Source: Candidatus Eiseniibacteriota bacterium (GTDB lineage: Bacteria > Eisenbacteria > RBG-16-71-46 > JABDJR01). Taken from it: a stretch of 64,000 nucleotides of DNA. Numbering within the stretch: the first letter of the stretch is position 1; the number at the start of each line of letters is the position of its first letter. The notes beneath the pieces were generated by a model. The model ran no database searches. It saw nothing but the letters and a program-made list of their open reading frames with translations, and was not told the origin of the DNA. The stretch spans positions 1,120,001 through 1,184,000 of the forward strand of contig CAVXKA010000002.1 in assembly GCA_963762255.1 (NCBI GenBank), in the 5' to 3' direction. A program made the translations under genes and the position numbers. Below, one piece after another: positions 58,815 to 64,000 of this stretch.

Positions 58815-59504
58815 ATGAGTTCAACAAGGGCAAGCCTTCGGGCGATGGTTCTCCTGGTGGGAGCCGGCCTGCTCGCCTCATGCGGTACCCAGAGCCGCCT
58901 GGAGACCAGTTACGAGATCCCCGGTTACACCGACACTCCGTTCAAGAAGATCGCGGTGGTCGGGATCTTGAAGGATCACGAGCTGAGCAGGTCATTCGAG
59001 ATAGAGATGTCGGACGACCTCATGAAGGCAGGGGTCCAGGCGGTCCCCGGATTCACGTTCATGGACAACGACACGAGCCTCACTCAGAAGGAGATGGAGG
59101 CACGCGTCACTGGAACCGGCGCGGACGCGATACTCATCTCGAAGGTGATCGCGGTCGACAAGACGAGCACATATGTTCCCCCCACGACTTACGTGACCGC
59201 AGACTCACCCACGGATACGTGGTGGAAGGATCCTTACTGGGGCTACTACACCCCCTATCCCTATCACTACTGGGGGTACTGGTACTCCGCGATACAGGTC
59301 GTCACCTCACCTGGCTACTGGACGACGCAGGACACCTACCGCGTGGAAACCACGGTGTACCGGGTATCCGACAGCCGGCTGATCTGGACGGCCACTTCGG
59401 ACACCTACGATCCGAAGAGCAGCTACGATCTCGCCTCGTCGCTGAGCCCGATCCTGGTCAAGCGGCTGAAGAAGTCGGGGCTCATCCCCGCCAACCCAAG
59501 CTGA
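58815..59504 (+). CDS. Lipoprotein (DUF4136-like)
   Basis: Lipobox LAS-C; Tyr/Trp-rich loop; VETTVY.....LIWTATS. Confidence 0.75.
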   Translation: MSSTRASLRAMVLLVGAGLLASCGTQSRLETSYEIPGYTDTPFKKIAVVGILKDHELSRSFEIEMSDDLMKAGVQAVPGFTFMDNDTSLTQKEMEARVTGTGADAILISKVIAVDKTSTYVPPTTYVTADSPTDTWWKDPYWGYYTPYPYHYWGYWYSAIQVVTSPGYWTTQDTYRVETTVYRVSDSRLIWTATSDTYDPKSSYDLASSLSPILVKRLKKSGLIPANPS

Positions 59505-59597
59505 GGGAGGAGAGCCGGGCGCTGGCTCGCCTCCGGCCATTCGTCGCGAATCACCCTCAGGTCGAGTACGGCAGCGGGTACGCCATGGGGGCGGGGC

Positions 59598-60797
59598 CTA
59601 TTCCCGGTTGCGTGCCACCACCACCGCGGTCGTGTCGTCCTCCCAGGGCTTGTTCTTTCCGAAGCGCTTGGCCTCGGCGAAGAGGGCGTCGAGGATCTCC
59701 GCCGCCGGGCGCCCGCGCATGCGCGTGATGACCGCCGCGACCCCGTCATCGCCAAAGAGAGCTCCCTTGGCGTTCTCGCGCTCCAGGAATCCGTCGGTGA
59801 CGATGGCGAGCGTGTCCCCGGGCTCCATGTGGGCCCAACTCCGGCGGAACGTCTGCGCCTTGATCGGCCCCAGGATGGTCCCTCCGATCTCGAGACGGCG
59901 TCCGCCCCAATCCCCGATCAACCACGGCGGGGGGTGCCCCGCATTCACGTAAACCAGGTCGCCGTTCGATTCGAGGTCCGTATAGAACAGAGAGACGAAG
60001 CGCGACGACAGGGCGCTGCGGCTGATGACGCGGTTCAGCCGGTGGATGATCTCGGTGATCTTGAGCGACCGCTCCGCCCCCATCCGGATCCCGGTCACCG
60101 TGTCGCGAGCGAGGAGCGCCGCTCCCAGACCATGCCCGCTGACGTCCCCCAGCGCGATGACCAGCGTGTTCGGGTCGGACTGCAGGAAGTCGTAGAAGTC
60201 CCCGCCCACCCGCTCGGCGGGAATCGAACGCGCGGCGACGGTGAATCCGGGGAACTCGGGAGGCGACTGCGGAAGGAGCGCCTGCTGGATTTCGGCGGCC
60301 TGGTTGATGTCGGTCTGCAACCCCTGAACCGTCACGCGCAGATCGATGGCGTTGTGAAAGGTCTGCAACGCGAAATCGAGATCGTCCCGCTGCCAGCCCG
60401 GGCGCAGTCCGAAGGCGAGGATGCGCCGGGGCACGCTGGCGACGCTCAGCGCGGCGGACTCGGGCCCGCCGAGGCGTCCTTCCACCTCGGGCGATTGCCC
60501 TTCCACCGTCCGGTCGAAGATGAAGACCTTGTGTTCGAGCACGAGCTGAAGGGGGCGATAGTCGAGGGGAAGCCCGAGTCCGACCGATTCCGGATCGCGG
60601 GAGCCGACGCCGTGCACGATGCGGAAACCGTCGAACTCCTCCTCGTAGAGGCGGCCGCTGTCGATCAAGAGAGCGTCGCCGAAACGCGTCACGGTCTCGT
60701 CGACCAGCCACCGAAACCAGGTTTGAGAGAGCGGGTCCGGTTGGTGCTCGTGGAGCAACCGTTCCAGCTCGCGGTAAAAATGCTTGGGTTGAAACAC
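59598..60797 (-). CDS. PP2C/SpoIIE (RsbU-like) protein phosphatase
   Basis: AAEIQQALLP, VGGDFYD, GDVSGHG, NAGHPPP, TDG, DDTT; GTG start with GGGAG RBS. Confidence 0.9.
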   Translation of the reverse strand: MFQPKHFYRELERLLHEHQPDPLSQTWFRWLVDETVTRFGDALLIDSGRLYEEEFDGFRIVHGVGSRDPESVGLGLPLDYRPLQLVLEHKVFIFDRTVEGQSPEVEGRLGGPESAALSVASVPRRILAFGLRPGWQRDDLDFALQTFHNAIDLRVTVQGLQTDINQAAEIQQALLPQSPPEFPGFTVAARSIPAERVGGDFYDFLQSDPNTLVIALGDVSGHGLGAALLARDTVTGIRMGAERSLKITEIIHRLNRVISRSALSSRFVSLFYTDLESNGDLVYVNAGHPPPWLIGDWGGRRLEIGGTILGPIKAQTFRRSWAHMEPGDTLAIVTDGFLERENAKGALFGDDGVAAVITRMRGRPAAEILDALFAEAKRFGKNKPWEDDTTAVVVARNRE

Positions 60798-60905
60798 GCG
60801 ACAACTCCCGGAGAATAGGTCTTGCCCCGGCGCCGTTGGGGGCACAAAGTCGGCGAGTTTAGCACGATGGGCGAAGAACCTCCTCCGGCCCGGAATCGCG
60901 AGGCG

Positions 60906-62267
60906 ATGCATGCCATCCACAACGGAAACGGCGATCCGATGAGATCCGGCCGCGCCGCGCCCTCCTCGCTCGATGCGCTGGGCCGCGCCCTGCACCACCG
61001 CAACTACCGGCTCTTCTTCGCCGGGCAGAGCATTTCCCTCATCGGCACCTGGATGACCCGCATTGCGGTGAGCTGGCTCGTCTACCGCATGACCCACTCC
61101 GCCCTGCTCCTCGGACTCGTGAGCTTCACCGGCCAGATCCCCACGTTCATTCTCGCCCCGCTCGCCGGCGTGTGGGTGGATCGGTGGAATCGGCATCGCG
61201 TTCTGGTGGTGACCCAGGTGCTGGCGATGATCCAGTCGGCGCTCCTGGCCTTCTTCGCCCTCTCGGGGACGATCACCGTCACCCACATCGTCCTGCTCAG
61301 CATCTTTCAGGGGCTCATCAACGCGGTCGACATGCCGGCCCGCCAGGCCTTCCTGGTGGAGATGGTGGACAACCGCGAGGACCTGCCGAACGCGATCGCG
61401 CTCAATTCGTCGATGGTCAACGCAGCGAGGCTCGTGGGTCCGTCGGTGGCGGGCGTGCTCATCGCCGGGGTCGGCGAGGGATGGTGTTTCTTCATCGACG
61501 CGGTGAGCTACCTGGCGGTGATCGCCTCGCTCCTGGCCATGCGGCTCGCCCGCGTTCCACCACGCGCCAAAACCACTCACGTTCTCGCGGAACTGCGGGA
61601 GGGATTCCGCTACGTGACCGGGTCCGCGCCGATTCGCTCGATCCTGCTTCTGCTCGCGTTGGTGAGCCTCATGGGAATGCCCTACACGGTGCTCATGCCG
61701 ATCGTGGCCAGCAAGGTGCTGCACGGCGGCCCGCACACGCTGGGGTTTCTCATGGCGGCCTCCGGTTTTGGTGCGCTCCTGGGGGCGGTCTACCTCGCCT
61801 CCCGCCGCACCGTCCTCGGCCTGGGCCGGCTCATCGCGGTCTCCGCGGCCACCTTCGGGCTCGCGCTCGTCGCGTTCTCGTTCTCACGCACCTTCTGGCT
61901 CTCGCTGGCGCTCATGCCGCCGGTGGGCATGTCCATGATGGTCCAGATGGCCTCCAGCAACACGATCCTCCAGACCATCGTGGACGAGGACAAGCGCGGG
62001 CGTGTGATGAGCTTCTATGCGATGGCGTTCTTCGGGACGGTGCCGCTGGGAAGCCTGCTCGCCGGTTCGCTGGCGTCGCGGGCCGGCGCACCGATCACGA
62101 TCCTCGTCGGCGGAACGGTCTGCATCCTCGGAGCCGGCTTCTTCCTGCGCGGGCTCCCCGAGCTGCGCCGGGCCATACGTCCCATCTACATCCGGTTGGG
62201 GATTCTTCCCGAGATCGCGGAGGGGGTCCGCAGTGCAACCCGGTTCACGGCCCCGCCGGAAAACTAG
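60906..62267 (+). CDS. MFS transporter (DUF894/EntS-like; start uncertain)
   Basis: RNYRLFFAGQSISLIGTWM, DMPARQAF, NAIALNS, RGRVMS. Confidence 0.9.
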   Translation: MHAIHNGNGDPMRSGRAAPSSLDALGRALHHRNYRLFFAGQSISLIGTWMTRIAVSWLVYRMTHSALLLGLVSFTGQIPTFILAPLAGVWVDRWNRHRVLVVTQVLAMIQSALLAFFALSGTITVTHIVLLSIFQGLINAVDMPARQAFLVEMVDNREDLPNAIALNSSMVNAARLVGPSVAGVLIAGVGEGWCFFIDAVSYLAVIASLLAMRLARVPPRAKTTHVLAELREGFRYVTGSAPIRSILLLLALVSLMGMPYTVLMPIVASKVLHGGPHTLGFLMAASGFGALLGAVYLASRRTVLGLGRLIAVSAATFGLALVAFSFSRTFWLSLALMPPVGMSMMVQMASSNTILQTIVDEDKRGRVMSFYAMAFFGTVPLGSLLAGSLASRAGAPITILVGGTVCILGAGFFLRGLPELRRAIRPIYIRLGILPEIAEGVRSATRFTAPPEN

Positions 62268-62268
62268 C

Positions 62269-62290
62269 GGGGGGGCGGAGCCGCCCCCCC
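62269..62290. terminator. GC hairpin between convergent genes
   Basis: GGGGGGGCGG-AG-CCGCCCCCCC. Confidence 0.55.
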
Positions 62291-62298
62291 CTCAAGTG

Positions 62299-63513
62299 CT
62301 AGGACGCGCCGATCACCGGCGCCAGCCGACCCTCTTTCGATTCGAGCGCCTGCCGCAGATCCTCGATGAGATCCTTGACGTCTTCGATACCGACCGAGTA
62401 GCGAACCAGACCGTCGGTGATCCCGGCCGCGCGACGCTCTTCCGCAGGAAGCCCGGCGTGAGTCATCGATGCCGGATGCTCGATCAGCGTCTCGACACCG
62501 CCCAGCGAAACGGCCAGCACCGCCAGATGCACGTTGTTCATGAGGTGCTTGCCCGCCTCGAGTCCGCCCCGCAACTCGAAGCTGATCATCGAACCCGGAC
62601 CGGCCATCTGGCGCTCCACGAGCGCGTGTTGGGGATGCGAAGGAAGCCCGGCATACCGGACCCACGCCACCTCCTCGCGCGCCTCCAACCAGCGCGCGAT
62701 CTGAACCGCGCTCTCCTGAGCTCGCTGCATGCGCAGAGCGAGGGTCTTGATGCCGCGATGAACGAGGAACGCCTGGTGCGGATCCATGTTGCATCCCATC
62801 AGGACCATCGTCTCGCGGATCCGCCGGTAGATCGCGGGGTCGCGAGCGACGAGGATTCCGCCCACGACGTCGGCATGTCCGTTGATGAACTTCGTCACCG
62901 AGTGCAGCACCACGTCCGCGCCCAGCAGAAGCGGCTTCTGCAAGTAGGGCGAGGCGAAGGTGCTGTCCACGACGAGCAGCGCGCCATGGGAATGAGCGAT
63001 CTCTGCCACGGCGCGCAGGTCGGTGATCTGCATCATGGGGTTCGACGGCGTCTCCACGTAGATGAGTCGGGTATTCGGCCGAACCGCTTTCCGAACCGCC
63101 TCCAGATCCGAGGTGTCCACGAAGGACGCGGAGACCCCGAACCTCCCAAGGTGCTTCTCCATCAGCGTGCGCGAGGGCCCGTAGACTGAGGCGGTGCTGA
63201 GGATGTGCTGGTCCTTCTCGACGAGGGCCATGCAAACAGTGGTGACCGCCCCCATCCCGGAGCTGGTGGCCACCCCACCCACGCCCTCTTCCAGCTCGGC
63301 TACGCACTCCTCGAGCGCGCGGATGGTCGGATTCCCGATCCGGGTGTAGATGAACCCGTCGGCCCGGCCGGCGAACCGATCCGCGCCCTGCTGCGTGTTG
63401 TCGAACGCAAACGTAGATGTCTGGTAGATGGGGGTCACGACGCTCCCGAGCGGATCCTTGGACATTCCCGCGTGCACGAGCTTCGAGAAGAACCCCAGAG
63501 TCTTCGTCTTCAT
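62299..63513 (-). CDS. PLP-dependent Cys/Met metabolism enzyme (methionine gamma-lyase-like)
   Basis: PIYQTSTF, YTRIGNPT, ETPSNP, HSVTKFINGHAD, LAVSLGGVETLIEHPASMTH. Confidence 0.92.
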   Translation of the reverse strand: MKTKTLGFFSKLVHAGMSKDPLGSVVTPIYQTSTFAFDNTQQGADRFAGRADGFIYTRIGNPTIRALEECVAELEEGVGGVATSSGMGAVTTVCMALVEKDQHILSTASVYGPSRTLMEKHLGRFGVSASFVDTSDLEAVRKAVRPNTRLIYVETPSNPMMQITDLRAVAEIAHSHGALLVVDSTFASPYLQKPLLLGADVVLHSVTKFINGHADVVGGILVARDPAIYRRIRETMVLMGCNMDPHQAFLVHRGIKTLALRMQRAQESAVQIARWLEAREEVAWVRYAGLPSHPQHALVERQMAGPGSMISFELRGGLEAGKHLMNNVHLAVLAVSLGGVETLIEHPASMTHAGLPAEERRAAGITDGLVRYSVGIEDVKDLIEDLRQALESKEGRLAPVIGAS

Positions 63514-63526
63514 CTTCCCCTCCTCC

Positions 63527-63895
63527 CTAGTGGCCCTGACCGTGCTGCGCGCATGCGCTGTCCATCGTCACCGGGCGCAGTGTCCCGGCCTTGAACGCCG
63601 CCACCGTACGCTCGACGTTGGATTGATCGGAAAGATAGACCTCGATGCCGGCGGAGAGCAACTTGCTCAGCGCACCCGCCCCGATGCCGCCGACCACCAC
63701 CGCCTCGAACAACTCTCCTTGAAGCGAAGCGAGCGGCGTGCACATGCCGTGGTTGTGGTGCTGGTTGCCGTTGGCGATCGGTCGGCAATCGCCGCTGTCG
63801 GTGTCGACGATCATGAAGAGAGGTGTGGACCCGAAATGGGCGCAGACACGGCTCTTCGTTCCCCGATCCTCTTCGACGGGGATGCAGATGTTCAT
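63527..63895 (-). CDS. NifB/NifX family Fe-Mo cofactor-binding-like protein
   Basis: HFG..P.F.IVD, HNHGMC, GGIGAGA. Confidence 0.88.
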   Translation of the reverse strand: MNICIPVEEDRGTKSRVCAHFGSTPLFMIVDTDSGDCRPIANGNQHHNHGMCTPLASLQGELFEAVVVGGIGAGALSKLLSAGIEVYLSDQSNVERTVAAFKAGTLRPVTMDSACAQHGQGH

Positions 63896-64000
63896 GACTT
63901 CTTCTCCTTGGATGGTTTCTCTTCGACCGGCGCCACAGCCTTCGGGTCATGGACCCGACAGCACCGGCGGCCTCTTCTGGTAATCGGACCGCCCTCGATC
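63892..64000 (-). CDS. C-terminus of a probable DUF134 protein (runs off window end)
   Basis: IEGGPITRRGRRCCRVH...KS*; IEGG motif; stop overlaps the NifX start. Confidence 0.5.
   Translation of the reverse strand, partial: IEGGPITRRGRRCCRVHDPKAVAPVEEKPSKEKKS

Noticed and set aside
59598-61736. 712-aa ORF suggesting a large sensor phosphatase
   Set aside because: The N-terminal part is antisense to the MFS gene; a GTG with RBS at 60797 is the plausible start
93-64000. Many long overlapping ORFs (e.g. 93-1223, 10045-11595, 13021-15195, 15357-16676, 20991-22535, 47116-48651, 50156-51721)
   Set aside because: Shadow or antisense frames of well-supported genes in high-GC DNA; Arg/Pro/Ala-rich with no motifs

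Overview
High-GC bacterial chromosomal window. C-terminal 'PNPF...GVYF' (FlgD/T9SS-like) and 'TWGAIKSLYR' tails suggest an FCB-associated candidate phylum such as Ca. Eisenbacteria, Krumholzibacteria or Latescibacteria (inference). Two housekeeping flanks (about 1-24.3 kb and 41.3-64 kb) surround a lower-GC, decayed integration hotspot (about 24.4-41.3 kb). Main points: (1) a co-oriented beta-barrel / 13-heme cytochrome / predicted 11-heme selenocysteine lipoprotein cytochrome (in-frame UGA plus SECIS-like hairpin) / tandem-rhodanese lipoprotein cluster, a candidate extracellular sulfur or selenium respiration conduit; (2) a second predicted selenoprotein, a WAPW-U-HTC thioredoxin-TPR lipoprotein; (3) archaeal-type gatE-gatD; (4) in the hotspot, five co-oriented copies or fragments of one small tyrosine recombinase alternating with unrelated cargo genes, a dispersed structured non-coding repeat, an orphan DGR-like target gene, attC-like relics and a collapsed type III R-M system. 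No rRNA, intact tRNA, CRISPR array, reverse transcriptase or integron integrase was seen. All family calls are from motif recognition, not database searches.
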